A model generated the notes under the pieces. It searched no databases, was not told the DNA's origin, and saw only the letters and a list, made by a program, of their open reading frames with translations. Shown one piece after another: positions 10,531 to 24,700 of a DNA stretch of 64,000 nt. Origin of the DNA: Eledone cirrhosa (taxonomy: Eukaryota). Positions within the stretch are counted from its first letter, which is position 1, and every line of letters starts with the position of its first letter. The stretch spans positions 16,306,001 to 16,370,000 of the forward strand of contig OZ024766.1 in assembly GCA_964016885.1 (NCBI GenBank), in the 5' to 3' direction. A program made the translations under genes and the position numbers.

Positions 10531-11274
10531 CATTTCTTTTTAATAAATCACATCACTATAGAATTAAATACGACTGGAAATGTGAGTGAAGTACAAAATT
10601 ATGTCAGGGACTTTTCACGTTTGACACCGTACGAGAGTTGAAACATTCGCTAAGACACCGAGTACCTGCCGTCTTCGTGATAACTTTAATTTATCTAATT
10701 ATATCTTGTGTAACAATTATATATATATATACACACACACAATTTTAATTCCCCGACATCAGTCTTACACTGTCATATCTATTCTTACTTTACAATTGTG
10801 TCTACTAAGAGTTCCATTACAATCTGTAGTAGTAAAACTACTATTTCACCAGAATATCTGCTATCAGTCATTTATAGACAATATATATATTTTAGACCAC
10901 ATATCCACCTAATATATATATATTTCCTATCAAATCTGTAGCTAAAGACATAAAGTCAGCCTCACTACTTCATTCTGACAAGATATCAATTTATGACTAA
11001 AGATGAAGAAGATACACCAACGTTAATGTCGTGAAATAAAGCTGATCACATTGAAACTTCTAATTTGATAACAAAGAGATTATTTCTTTGGTTGTTTAGT
11101 AACAACTAACAACACAATACATTAATTATATGCGAAGGAGGTAAGTTGACAAAGATTTACTTAATGTCTATATTAATGTGTGTAAATAAAATAATTATGT
11201 GACCCCTACAACGCACCAGTAATTAACCAGATTCCACTGTTACATGTGATATAAAATATATTGTTATGACTGTC

Positions 11275-11825
11275 TTTATTATTTAAATTACCTCCGTCTA
11301 TTTAATTATCTTGTTCACTACCTTACATAATAAAATATAGTTTATATTTAGCTGTACCTTGTTGTTGCTTTAAGTAAGTTAAAGATATATTTATTATTTA
11401 AATTACCTCCGTCTATTTAATTATGCGGTTCACTACCTGACATTATAAAATATAGTTTATATTTAGCTGTACCTTGTCATTGCTTTAAGTCAATTAAAGA
11501 TATATTTATTATTTAAATTACCTCCGTCTATTTAATTATGTGGTTCACTACCTTACATTATAAAATATAGTTTATATTTAGCTGTACCTTGTTATTGCGT
11601 TAAGTAAATTAAAGATATATTTATTATTTAATTATGTGGTTCACTACCTTACATTATAAAATATAGTTTATATTTAGCTGTACCTTGTCATTGCTTTTAG
11701 TAAATTAAAGATATATTTATTATTTAAATTACCTCCGTCTATTTAATTAACTTGTTCACTACCTTACATTATAAAATATATTTTATATTTAGCTGTACCT
11801 TGTTATTGCTTTAAGTAAATTAATA
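11275..11825. repeat. 115-bp AT-rich minisatellite, ~5 copies (one internally deleted)
   Basis: Same unit as 2192-2500. Confidence 0.9.
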
Positions 11826-12094
11826 TTTTGTCTATTTTAGTCTAAATCTCTTACAACTTAATTAACTTCATCTACTTATGGTTTAACATTACTTTATTGT
11901 GGGTTTCATTTCATTATAATTATGTCTGATTAGCCAGCCAAGTAGGGGTTGAGTATCTGTATTTCAGGGAACTGGTTTGATGGTGAAGGGACATCTGTTG
12001 TTGTGGGATCTCGGTGGCTGTACATAATAAGGTTCTAATACTCTAAAGAGCTAGCTGAATAACCGTCTGATACATGTCTTGTATAGAGGATCAT

Positions 12095-13024
12095 AAAGCC
12101 ATGTATAGAAGAGCAGTCAGCAATGTCAGGATTAACATTCATTATAGTGAAGTGGCAGTATCGGTAGAGAGTCGGACACCATGCTTTGAGGCACAGAGTT
12201 ATGTCCCTTTATGATCTGAGTTCAAATCCCGCCGAGGTTAACTTTGCCTTACATCCATATGGGGTTGATAAAATAAAGTACCAGTAATGTACTGGGTAAT
12301 TGCTGGCCTTGTGTTTAAAATAGAAACAATTATAGTGAATAATTTGGAGTGTAGTCTGGTGTCCACCAGGGCTCTGTTGTTAGCCCTCACTTAGTTATTA
12401 TCGTCCTGCAGCCTATAACAGATGTTTAAGACTGGCTGCCCAGGGGAACTCCTGTATGCACAGCAGGACCTGAAGAATGCGATCATATGCATTTTCAAGG
12501 TCTATAAAACGATAATATATACCTCTTAGCAATACTCCCACGATTTCTCAAAGACCTGCCACAGTGTGAATATTTGGTGGGTTATGTTGCACCCAGGGAG
12601 CAAACAGCACTGTCCATCAGCTAGCTTGGACTCGCTACATCACTTTGCCAGAAACTTTGCATATACTTTACCAGGGAGTCTTAACAAGGTGATCCCTCTC
12701 TATTTGGAACAATCTCTCGTGTGTCCCTTTTTATAAATTGGGATTATCACTCCCGATTGCCTTTGCTTGAGTGCCATTTCAGAGACCCAGGCCATCTGAC
12801 ACACATGAGTCGGTCACATTTGAGCTCTTTAATTGCTCTTGTGACCTCAGCCTCCGAGAGATTAGTTACTGCTATCAGATTCACCTCATGTACATCCAAA
12901 GATGCTGTTGTGATCGGGTTTGGGAGATCAGCAAAGAATTCTCTCCACCTCATGAGGATCCATCTCTCTGAAGAGAAAAGAACCCCAGATGCACTCATGG
13001 TTGCAGGTGTGGAGGAAGATTTCT
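12095..13024. mobile_element. RTE-like LINE fragments (+ to 12460, - from 12461) with SINE at 12153-12328
   Basis: Paralog of 2757-3690. Confidence 0.85.
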
Positions 13025-13195
13025 TGTAACTAATTTAACTAATTAAAAACTAAAATAATTTGATTTTTCAATAAAAAGTTTCCAGGGTTTATAGATGTAA
13101 AATTTCCACTGTTAAATCTATCTTTGCTTCTTAAGTATTCTCTATTATTTCATACTGTTTCTTTTTCATTTCAGAATATCAGATGACATTGGGAT

Positions 13196-13429
13196 AAATT
13201 ATTATTTTCAATCTTGGATACATCACCTCTATTTATCATCATTTGAAGATTAAAACTTTTTAAACAGAACTTATATAACACTGTTTATATAAATCTATCA
13301 GAATTACTGTGAAAATTATTATTTTCAATCTTGGATACATCACCTCTATTTATCATCATTTGAAGATTAAAACTTTTTAAACAGAACTTATATAACACTG
13401 TTTATATAAATCAATCAGAATTACTGTGA
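13196..13429. repeat. 117-bp tandem duplication in the 5'UTR, unique to module 2
   Basis: AAATTATTATTTTCAATCTTGG starts at 13196 and 13313. Confidence 0.92.
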
Positions 13430-13673
13430 TATATTTCCTCAGAACTGAGTTTAAAGACAAAATTCCTTTTCTTCACTGTGTGGTATATATATATGAGAGA
13501 TATATTTTGTATTTTAACTCAGCTTCAATGACAAAGAAGTTTGCATCATCTTCAGATATTAACTGAGATCATAATTGAGGGAAATATAACAGAAGAAATA
13601 TTTTTTAGGAATATAATATAAAAAATATTAAAGAATAACATCTGTAAATTCTGCCAAGGGAAGAAGAATTATT

Positions 13674-15791
13674 ATGGAAAATATATTGAGTGAAAAGAAG
13701 ATTAAATGTGAAACAATGTCTAAAGATATGGCTATTACAGAAGAGATGTCAAAGGATAGAGGAGAGAAGCCATATCACTGTGATGTCTGTGGTAAATCAT
13801 TCTCTGTTAGGAGTAAATTAACTAGTCACAAACGTACTCATACAGGAGAAAAGCAATACCACTGTGATATCTGTGGTAAATCATTCTTTGTTAATGGTAA
13901 TTTAACAAGCCACAAACGTACACATACAGGAGAGAAGCCATACCACTGTGATATCTGTCGTAAATCATTCTCTCAAAGTAGTAATTTAACTAGCCACATG
14001 CGTATACATACAGGTGACAAACCATATCACTGTGATATCTGTGGTAAATCATTCTCTCTAAGTAGTATATTAACTTGTCACATACGTACCCATACAGGAG
14101 ACAAATCATATCACTGTGATATCTGTGGTAAATCATTCTCTGAAAGTAGTATATTAACTAACCACATGCATATACATATAGGTGAGAAGCCATATCGCTG
14201 TAATATCTGTGGTCAATCATTCTCACTAAGTGGTCACTTAACTAGCCACATACGTACCCATACAGGAGACAAGCCTTATAACTGTGATATCTGTGGTAAA
14301 TCATTCTCTAAAAGTACTATATTAACTAACCACATGCATATCCATACAGGAGAGAAGCCATATCACTGTGATATCTGTGGTAAATCATTCTTTGTTAATA
14401 GTAATTTAACTAGACACAAAAGTATACATACAGGTGAGAAGCCATATCACTGTGATATCTGTGGTAAATCATTCTCTCAAAGTGGTCACTTAAGTAGCCA
14501 CAAACGTACCCATACAGGAGAGAAGCCATATAACTGTGATATCTGTGGTAAATCATTCTCTACAAGTACTATATTAACTAACCACATGCATATCCATACA
14601 GGAGAGAAGCCATATCACTGTGATATCTGTGGTAAATCATTCTCTGAAAGTGGTACCTTAACTAGCCACAAATGTACCCATACAGGAGACAAGCCATATC
14701 ACTGTGATATCTGTGGTAAATCATTCTCTCGAAGAAGTTACTTAACTGAGCACTTACGTATCCATACAGGTGAGAAGCCATATCGCTGTGATATCTGTGG
14801 TAAATCATTCTCTCAAAGTAGTCCCTTAACTAGACACAAACGTATACATACAGTAGAGAAGCCAAATCACTGTGATATCTGTGGTAAATCATTCTCTCAA
14901 AGTAGTAATTTAACTAGCCACATGCGTATACATACAGGTGACAAACCATATCACTGTGATATCTGTGGTAAATCATTCTCTCTAAGTAGTATATTAACTT
15001 GTCACATACGTACCCATACAGGAGACAAACCATATCGCTGTGATATCTGTGGTCAAACATTCTCTCTAAGTGGTCACTTAACTAGCCACGTACGTACCCA
15101 TACAGGAGACAAGCCTTATAACTGTGATATCTGTGGTCAATCATTCTCTCTAAGTGGTCACTTAACTAGCCACGTACGTACCCATACAGGAGACAAGCCT
15201 TATAACTGTGATATCTGTGGTAAATCATTCTTTAATAATATTAGTTTAACTAGACATGAACGTACCCATTCAGGAGAGAAGCCATATCACTGTGATATCT
15301 GTGGTAAATCATTCTTTGTTAATAGTAATTTAACTAGACACAAAAGTATACATACAGGTGAGAAGCCATATCACTGTGATATCTGTGGTAAATCATTCTC
15401 TCAAAGTGGTCACTTAACTAGCCACAAACGTACCCATACAGGAGAGAAGCCATATAACTGTGATATCTGTGGTAAATCATTCTCTAAAAGTAGTATATTA
15501 ACTAACCACATGCATATCCATACAGGAGAGAAGCCATATCACTGTGATATCTGTGGTAAATCATTCTCTGAAAGTGGTACCTTAACTAGCCACAAACGTA
15601 CCCATACAGGAGACAAGCCATATCACTGTGATATCTGTGGTAAATCATTCTCTCGAAGAAGTTACTTAACTGAGCACTTACGTATCCATACAGGTGAGAA
15701 GCCATATCGCTGTGATATCTGTGGTAAATCATTCTCTCAATTTAGTAGTTTAACTAGACACAAATATACCCATACAGGTAAGAAACTATAA
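13674..15791 (+). CDS. C2H2 zinc-finger protein, 705 aa, 24 fingers
   Basis: Uninterrupted ORF with 24 fingers. Confidence 0.95.
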   Translation: MENILSEKKIKCETMSKDMAITEEMSKDRGEKPYHCDVCGKSFSVRSKLTSHKRTHTGEKQYHCDICGKSFFVNGNLTSHKRTHTGEKPYHCDICRKSFSQSSNLTSHMRIHTGDKPYHCDICGKSFSLSSILTCHIRTHTGDKSYHCDICGKSFSESSILTNHMHIHIGEKPYRCNICGQSFSLSGHLTSHIRTHTGDKPYNCDICGKSFSKSTILTNHMHIHTGEKPYHCDICGKSFFVNSNLTRHKSIHTGEKPYHCDICGKSFSQSGHLSSHKRTHTGEKPYNCDICGKSFSTSTILTNHMHIHTGEKPYHCDICGKSFSESGTLTSHKCTHTGDKPYHCDICGKSFSRRSYLTEHLRIHTGEKPYRCDICGKSFSQSSPLTRHKRIHTVEKPNHCDICGKSFSQSSNLTSHMRIHTGDKPYHCDICGKSFSLSSILTCHIRTHTGDKPYRCDICGQTFSLSGHLTSHVRTHTGDKPYNCDICGQSFSLSGHLTSHVRTHTGDKPYNCDICGKSFFNNISLTRHERTHSGEKPYHCDICGKSFFVNSNLTRHKSIHTGEKPYHCDICGKSFSQSGHLTSHKRTHTGEKPYNCDICGKSFSKSSILTNHMHIHTGEKPYHCDICGKSFSESGTLTSHKRTHTGDKPYHCDICGKSFSRRSYLTEHLRIHTGEKPYRCDICGKSFSQFSSLTRHKYTHTGKKL

Positions 15792-16555
15792 CAAAGTCAT
15801 ATCTCATTGTCTCAAAATTGTAAATTAATTAGACACAAATACATTCATATGAGTGAGAAGCCATACCACTGTGATATTGTGGAGAAATTATTCTCTTGTA
15901 TTGCTACATTAACTACATACAAACATAAATATATACTGGAGAAAAGCCATATTACTGTGATATCTGTGAGAAATTGTTATCTATAAAAGCTAGCTTAACT
16001 AGACACAAAGATATATATACAGGAGAGAAACCATATCACTGTGATATCTGTGGGAAATCATTCTCTGAAATAAGTCACTTCACTCAGCACTAACATTTAA
16101 AGAAAAGGAACCATATCATTGTGATATCTGCAGTAAATCATTCTCTAAATGTGGCTTCACTACACACTAACATATACAGGAGAGGAACCATATCACTGTG
16201 ATGTCTGTGGTAAATCCTTTTCAAAATGTTTTGTTTTCTCTAGAAACTAACATACAGGAGAGGAACCATATCACTGTGATGTCTGTCGTAAATCATTCTC
16301 TAAATGTTGTGGCTTCACTAGACACTAACTTACACAGGAGAGGAACCATATCACTGTGATGTCTGTGATAAATCCTTCTCTAAATGTTGTGACTTCACTA
16401 GACACAAACATATACAGGAGAGGAAGCATATCACTGTGATGTCTGTCGTAAATCATTCTCTAAATGTTGTGACTTCACTAGAAACTAACATATAAAGGAG
16501 AGGAACCATATCACTGTTGTCTGTGGCAAATCATTTTCTAAATGTTGTGGTACCA
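15792..16555 (+). pseudogene. About 10 decayed zinc-finger units in the 3'UTR
   Basis: Frameshifted finger units; distal 77-80 bp units expanded. Confidence 0.9.
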
Positions 16556-16997
16556 ACATAAGGTTACTTAATGCTACACAAACACAATCAGACAAGATAA
16601 AAACCATGTCACTCACCCAAAATAGTGCCACCAATGTTGTTAATGTTTCGAATAAAACTTGTTTGTTCTGAAATTATTCTCCGTTCATTTTATTTGTAGA
16701 AGTTTTAACCAAGACTTGTGCTGACAAATCTGTATGGTACAGAATTTACAAACACTATATATATATATATATATATATGTGCCAAAACATCTATGATCTC
16801 GGTTTACAGCTGATGAAGGGTTTATTTTCTCCTTTCATCCATATTACCATCTTAAACTTTGTTTACAGTAACCACACAGCTCCTTTCGTTTCTTATAATT
16901 TTATATATATATATATATAACAAAGGAGGTGTGGTAAAGAACCAGATGGACCATATACGCACCAGAGTACTCAATACTTTGGGTAGTAGAGCGGGTA

Positions 16998-17120
16998 ATA
17001 GGAAAATGTTGAACCCCGACGGCAGAGCTCAATCCGTTTCAACGGCTATTTCTGGAAACAGTCCAGACATAACCGTCGAAATGGCTTGAGCTCTGCCGTC
17101 GGGGTTAAACATTTTCCTAT
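16998..17120. repeat. Palindrome IR1 (module 2)
   Basis: Paralog of 6803-6925. Confidence 0.93.
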
Positions 17121-17430
17121 ATATATATATACATATGTATGAGTGTATATGTCAGTGTGTAGAAATTTCTGTCCATGAAAATGATTATCTTTATTTGTGT
17201 ATATATATGTATGTGTATGTTTATATGTGTTCTTATATACATGTGTGCACATCTTGATATATTTTCAGTGTCTGTTCTAGTTCTCAGAGTACAAATCCCA
17301 CAGGTAAAGTTGCTTCGATATTTTGAGGTCATTAAATGAAATACCAGTGAAATACTGGGGTGGTTAATTCCTCTTCTTTGTCATTGTCTGTTTGTCTACT
17401 CTTCTCTTTCTCTGTATTTATATATATATA

Positions 17431-17626
17431 TCCAAAATTAAGATATATTAAAATAAAATTAATCTAAATCAAATTATGGGAGTCATGCCAGAAAGACATG
17501 CGCCATATCACCCGTAAAATAAGGTCCATGGAGCTTATTTTATGGGTGATATGGCGCATGTCTTTCTGGTATGACACCCATAATTTGATATAGATTAATT
17601 TTGTTTTAATTTATCTTAATTTTTGA
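17431..17626. repeat. Palindrome IR2 (module 2)
   Basis: Paralog of 7241-7430. Confidence 0.92.
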
Positions 17627-18420
17627 TATATATAAATACGGCCTCTTAATTGTAGAGCTAACTCTGTTGAAAGGACCTGACTGCTGTTTCTAGTTGTCAA
17701 TATCCCTATTCACGCAACTGGGATGAAGCTGGTATGATGTGTTACTGGTCAGTCGCTGATTTGAACTTGATGCGTAAACACAGATGGTTGGACTTTTTCC
17801 TGGTTGAGAATCCAAGATCTGGCTACTGTCGTTTACCAATCGATTATTTGGTGAAATATATTTCTTTAATGGAATATATACAAGGAAGATTACTCATTTT
17901 CTAAGGTATCTATTTTTGAAATTCTAGTTAAATTTATTTAGTTACCTACCTAGCTATGTGTGCTTACACACATTTACAAATTATCCCCTGTGATTGTTTC
18001 ATATGTTTATTTATATGTCAATTTCTAGTTGATATATATATATAAATATAAATATATATATATATACGTGGAAAAGTAAAATATAGCAGAACAGACCGTT
18101 AAAAGATGTTTATTTAAAATAGCACCTATGTAATGAAGACATGACAAATTGTCCTCGCGCCCTCTCTATTTATAGAGAAAAGGTGAAGTTGGAAATAGCA
18201 CGGAAAATATATTTTAGGGGTCTGTTTTTCTGTTATTTATCTTTTGATTCGTCAAAGTGACATTATTGAAAATATGGGAGGGACATCATCATTCATCATC
18301 ATTTCATTTCACGTCCGCTTTCTCCCTGCTTGCAAGGGTGGGACGGGAACTGATTCTGGCTTGATTTCTACAGATGGAAGCCCTTCCTAACGCCAACCTC
18401 ATTTACAGTGAGTGCTGGGT

Positions 18421-18781
18421 GTTGTCATGTTGAATGTTTTTCAAGATGTTATGGTCGGCATATTTCTGGTCATCCACCAGTCAAGGTTTATTTTCATACA
18501 CAAACTTACGCAACACTTCAATATCATGGTTTGTCTCCTGAAAAACTGATTGTATTACCTCAATTTCTTCTGGCTCTGGCATCCTGGATTGCTATTCATT
18601 GCTGGAATTCAATGGGACAGGTTGCACAGAGGTTGATTGTAAATCCTGGAGGTAGATTCCACATAAATATTGCTATAACATCTTTGGGCTGGGTGTAGAT
18701 AGTCGTCTGACATATTGTTTTTGTACTCCTGCCAGGGTAGATGAGATTTATTCCACATGCTGTGAGTATAGTAGCAAACAA
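18421..18781 (-). mobile_element. Helitron RepHel fragment, downstream half
   Basis: ORFs with FATILTACGIN and WQEYKNNMSDDYLH. Confidence 0.8.
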
Positions 18782-21700
18782 CTGTCTTATTTAACTGGCT
18801 ACTCCAGTGTCTGCTCCTTCTAGTCTCTTCTTCCAATGTCAGTTGTCATACAGGAGTCCATGGCTGACTTATTTAACTGGCTACTCCAGTGACTGCTCCT
18901 TCTAGTCCCTTCTTCCAATGTCAGTTGTCATACAGGTGTCAATGGCTGTTATTTTACTGGCTACTCCAGTGACTGCTCCTTCTGGTCCCTTCTTCCAATG
19001 ATAGTTGTCATACAGGTGTCAATGGCTGTTATTTAACTGGCTACTGCAGTGACTGCTCCTTCTGGTCCCTTCTTCCAATGTCAGTTGTCATACAGGTGTC
19101 AATGGCTGTTATTTAACTGACTGCTCCTTCTAGTCCCTTTTTCCAATGTCAGTTGTCATACAGGTGTCCATGGCTGTCTTATTTAACTGGCTACTCCAGT
19201 GACTGCCCCTTCTAGTCCCTTCTTCCAATGTCAGTTGTCATACAGGTGTCCATGGCTGTCTTATTTAACTGGCTACTCCAGTGACTGCCCCTTCTAGTCC
19301 CTTCTTCCAATGTCAGTTGTCATACAGGTGTCCATGGCTGTCTTATTTAACTGGCTACTCCAGTGACTGCCCCTTCTAGTCCCTTCTTCCAATGTCAGTT
19401 GTCATACAGGAGTCCATGGCTGTCTTATTTAACTGGCTACTCCAGTGACTGCCCCTTCTAGTCCCTTCTTCCAATGTCAGTTGTCATACAGGTGTCCATG
19501 GCTGTCTTATTTAACTGGCTACTCCAGTGACTGCTCCTTCTCGTCTCTCTTTCCAATATCAGTTGTCTTACAGGAGTCCATGGCTGTCTTATTTAACTGG
19601 CTACTCCAGTGACTGCTCCTGCTAGTCTCTTCTTCCAATGTCAGCTGTCATACAGGAGTCCATGGCTGTCTTATTTAACTGGCTACTCCAGTGACTGCTC
19701 CTTCTAGTCCCTTCTTCCAATGTCAGTTGTCATACAGGTGTCCATGACTGTCTTATTTAACTGGATACTCCAGTGATTGCCCCATCTAGTCTCTTCTTCC
19801 AATGTCAGTTGACATACAGGTGTCCATGGCTGTCTTATTTAACTGGCTACTCCAGTGACTGCTCCCTCTAGTCCCTTCTTCCAATGTCAGTTGTCATACA
19901 GGAGTCCATGACTGTCTTATTTAACTGGCTACTCCAGTGACTGCTCCTTCTAGTCCCTTCTTCCAATATCAGTTGTCATACAGAAGTCCATGGCTGTCTT
20001 ATTTAACTGGCTACTCCAGTGACTGCTCCTTCTAGTCCCTTCTTCCAATGTCAGTTGTCATACAGGTGTCCATGGCTGTCTTATTTAACTGGCTACTCCA
20101 GTGACTGCTACTTCTAGTCTCTTCTTCCAATATCAGTTGTCATACAGGAGTCCATGGCTGTCTTATTTAACTGGCTACTCAAGTGACTGCTCCTTCTAGT
20201 CCATTCTTCCAATGTCAGTTGTCATACAGGAGTCCATGGTTGTCTTATTTAACTGGCTACTCAAGTGACTGCTCCTTCTAGTCCATTCTTCCAATGTCAG
20301 TTGTCATACAGGAGTCCATGGTTGTCTTATTTAACTGGCTACTCAAGTGACTGCTCCTTCCAGTCCATTCTTCCAACGTCAGTTGTCATACAGGAGTCGA
20401 TGGCTGTCTTATTTAACTGGCTACTCAAGTGACTGCTCCTTCTAGTCCATTCTTCCAATGTCAGTTGTCATACAGGAGTCCATGGTTGTCTTATTTAACT
20501 GACTACTCCAGTGACTGCTCCTTTTAGTCCCTTCTTCCAATGTCAGTTGTCATACAGGTGTCCATGGCTGTCTTATTTAACTGGCTACTCCAGTGACTGC
20601 TCCTTCTAGTCTCTTCTTCTAATGTCAGTTGTCATACAGGTGTCCATGGCTGTCTTATTTAACTGGCTACTCCAGTGACTGCTCCTTCTAGTCCCTTCTT
20701 CCAATGTCAGTTGTCATACAGGTGTCCATGGCTGACTTATTTAACTGGCTACTCCAGTGACTGCTCCTTCTAGTCCCTTCTTCCAATGTCAGTTGTCATA
20801 CAGGTGTCCATGGCTGTCTTATTGAAATGGCTACTCCAGTGACTGCTCCTTCTAGTCCCTTCTTCCAATGTCAATTGTCATACAGGTGTCCATGGCTGTC
20901 TTATTTAACTGGCTACTCCAGTGACTGCTCCTTCTAGTCCCTTCTTCCAATGTCAGTTGTCATACAGGTGTCCATGGCTGTCTTATTTAACTGGCTACTC
21001 CAGTGACTGCTCCTTCTAGTCCCTTCTTCCAATGTCAGTTGTCATACAGGTGTACATGGCTGACTTATTTAACTGGCTACTCCAGTGATTGCCCCTTCTA
21101 GTCTCTTCTTCCAATGTCAGTTATACAGGTGTCCATGGCTGTCTTATTTAACTGGCTACTCCTGTGACTGCTCCTTCTAGTCTCTTCTTCCAATGTCAGT
21201 TGTCATACAGGAGTCCATGGCTGTCTTATTTAACTGGCTACTCCAGTGATTTCCCCTTCTAGTCCCTTCTTCCAATGTCAGTTGTCATACAGGAGTCCAT
21301 GGCTGTCTTATTTAACTGGCTACTTCAGTGACTGCTCCTTCTAGTCCCTTCTTCCAATGTCAGTTGTCATACAGGAGTCCATGTCTGTCTTATTTAACTG
21401 GCTACTCCAGTGACTGCTCCTTCTAGTCCCTTCTTCCAATGTTAGTTGTCATACAGGTGTCCATGGCTGTCTTATTTAACTGGCTACTCCAGTGACTGCT
21501 CCTTTTAGTCCCTTCTTCCAATGTCAGTTGTCATACAGGTGTCCATGGCTGTCTTATTTAACTGGTTACTCCAGTGGCTGCTCCTTCTAGTCCCTTCTTC
21601 CAATGTCAGTTGTCATACAGGAGTCCATGTCTGTCTTATTTAACTGGCTACTCCAGTGACTGCTCCTTCTAGTCCCTTCTTCCAATGTTAGTTGTCATAC

Positions 21701-24700
21701 AGGTGTCCATGGCTGTCTTATTTAACTGGCTACTCCAGTGACTGCTCCTTTTAGTCCCTTCTTCCAATGTCAGTTGTCATACAGGTGTCCATGGCTGTCT
21801 TATTTAACTGGCTACTCCAGTGACTGCCCCTTCTAGTCTCTTCTTCCAACGTCAGTTGTCATACAGGTGTCCATGTCTGTCTTATTTAACTGGCTACTCC
21901 TGTGACTGCTCCTTCTAGTCTCTTCTTCCAATGTCAGTTATCATACAGGAGTCCATGGCTGTCTTATTTAACTGGCCACTCCAGTGACTGCTCCTTCTAG
22001 TCTCTTCTTCCAATGTCAGTTGTCATACAGGTGTCCATGGCTGTCTTACTTAACTGGCTACTCCAGTGATTTCCCCTTCTAGTCCCTTCTTCCAATGTCA
22101 GTTGTCATACAGGAGTCCATGGCTGTCTTATTTAACTGGCTACTGCAGTGACTGCTCCTTCTAGTCTCTTCTTCCAATATCAGTTGTCATACAGGAGTCC
22201 ATGGCTGTCTTATTTAACTGGCTACTCCATTGATTTCCCCTTCTAGTCCCTTCTTCCAATGTCAGTTGTTATACAGGTGTCCATGGCTGTCTTATTTAAC
22301 TGGCTACTCCAGTGATTTCCCCTTCTAGTCCCTTCTTCCAATGTCAGTTGTCATACAGGAGTCCATGGCTGTCTTATTTAACTGGCTACTCCAGTGATTT
22401 CCCCTTCTAGTCACTTCTTCCAATGTCAGTTCTCATACAGGTGTCCATGGCTGTCTTATTTAACTGGCTACTCCAGTGACTGCTCCTTCTAGTCCCTTCT
22501 TCCAATGTCAGTTGTCATACAGGTGTCCATGGCTGTCTTATTTAACTGGCTACTCCAGTGACTGCTCCTTCTAGTCTCTTCTTCTAATGTCAGTTGTCAT
22601 ACAGGTGTCCATGGCTGTCTTATTTAACTGACTGTTCCTTCTAGTCCCTTCTTCCAATGTCAGTTGTCATACAGGTGTCCATGGCTGACTTATTTAACTG
22701 GCTACTCCAGTGACTGCTCCTTCTAGTCCCTTCTTCCAATGTTAGTTGTCATACCGGTGTCCATGGCTGTCTTATTTAACTGGCTACTCCAGTGACTGCT
22801 CCTTCTAGTCTCTTCTTCCAATGTCAGTTGTCATACAGGTGTACATGGCTGACTTATTTAACTGGCTACTCCAGTGATTGCCCCTTCTAGTCTCTTCTTC
22901 CAATGTCAGTTATCATACAGGAGTCCATGGCTGTCTTATTTAACTGGCTACTCAAGTGACTGCTCCTTCTAGTCCATTCTTCCAATGTCAGTTGTCATAC
23001 AGGTGTCCATGGCTGTCTTATTTAACTGGCTACTCCAATGACTGCTCCTTCTAGTCCCTTCTTCCAATGTCAGTTGTCATACAGGTGTCCATGGCTGTCT
23101 TATTTAACTGGCTACTGCAGTGAGTGCTCCTTCTACTCTCTTCTTCCAATGTCAGTTGTCATACAGGAGTCCATGGCTGTCTTATTTAACTGGCTACTCC
23201 ATTGATTTCCCCTTCTAGTCTCTTCTTCCAATGTCAGTTGTCATACAGGTGTGCATGGCTGACTTATTTAACTGGCTACTCCAGTGATTGCCCCTTCTAG
23301 TCTCTTCTTCCAATGTCAGTTGTCATACAGGAGTCCATGGCTGTCTTATTTAACTGGCTACTGCAGTGACTGCTCCTTCTAGTCTCTTCTTCCAATATCA
23401 GTTGTCATACAGGTGTCCATGGCTGTCTTATTTAACTGGCTACTCCAGTGACTGCTCCTTCTAGTCCCTTCTTCCAATGTCAGTTGTTATACAGGTGTCC
23501 ATGGCTGTCTTATTTAACTGGCTACTCAAGTGATTTCCACTTCTAGTCCCTTCTTCCAATGTCAGTTGTCATACTGGAGTCCATGGCTGTCTTATTTAAC
23601 TGGCTACTGCAGTGACTGCTCCTTCTAGTCTCTTCTTCCAATATCAGTTGTCATACAGGTGTCCATGGCTGTCTTATTTAACTGGCTACTCCAATGACTG
23701 CTCCTTCTAGTCCCTTCTTCCAATGTCAGTTGTCATACAGGTGTCCATGGCTGTCTTATTTAACTGGCTACTGCAGTGACTGCTCCTTCTTCTCTCTTCT
23801 TCCAATGTCAGTTGTCATACAGGAGTCCATGGCTGTCTTATTTAACTGGCTACTCCATTGATTTCCCCTTCTAGTCCCTTCTTCCAATGTCAGTTGTTAT
23901 ACAGGTGTCCATGGCTGTCGTATTTAACTGGCTACTCCAGTGATTTCCCCTTCTAGTCCCTTCTTCCAATGTCAGTTGTCATACAGGAGTCCATGGCTGT
24001 CTTATTTAACTGGCTACTCCAGTGATTTCCCCTTCTAGTCACTTCTTCCAATGTCAGTTCTCATACAGGTGTCCATGGCTGTCTTATTTAACTGGCTACT
24101 CCAGTGACTGCTCCTTCTAGTCCCTTCTTCCAATGTCAGTTGTCATACAGGTGTCCATGGCTGTCTTATTTAACTGGCTACTCCAGTGACTGCTCCTTCT
24201 AGTCTCTTCTTCTAATGTCAGTTGTCATACAGGTGTCCATGGCTGTCTTATTTAACTGACTGCTCCTTCTAGTCCCTTCTTCCAATGTCAGTTGTCATAC
24301 AGGTGTCCATGGCTGACTTATTTAACTGGCTAATCCAGTGAATGCTCCTTCTAGTCCCTTCTTCCAATGTTAGTTGTCATACCGGTGTCCATGGCTGTCT
24401 TATTTAACTGGCTACTCCAGTGACTGCTCCTTCTAGTCTCTTCTTCCAATGTCAGTTGTCATACAGGTGTACATGGCTGACTTATTTAACTGGCTACTCC
24501 AGTGATTGCCCCTTCTAGTCTCTTCTTCCAATGTCAGTTATCATACAGGAGTCCATGGCTGTCTTATTTAACTGGCTACTCAAGTGACTGCTCCTTCTAG
24601 TCCATTCTTCCAATGTCAGTTGTCATACAGGTGTCCATGGCTGTCTTATTTAACTGGCTACTCCAATGACTGCTCCTTCTAGTCCCTTCTTCCAATGTCA

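Larger units (their letters stand above)
11141..13174 (+). other. Putative 5'UTR intron of ZNF gene 2
   Basis: GAG|GTAAGT ... TTTCAG. Confidence 0.7.
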
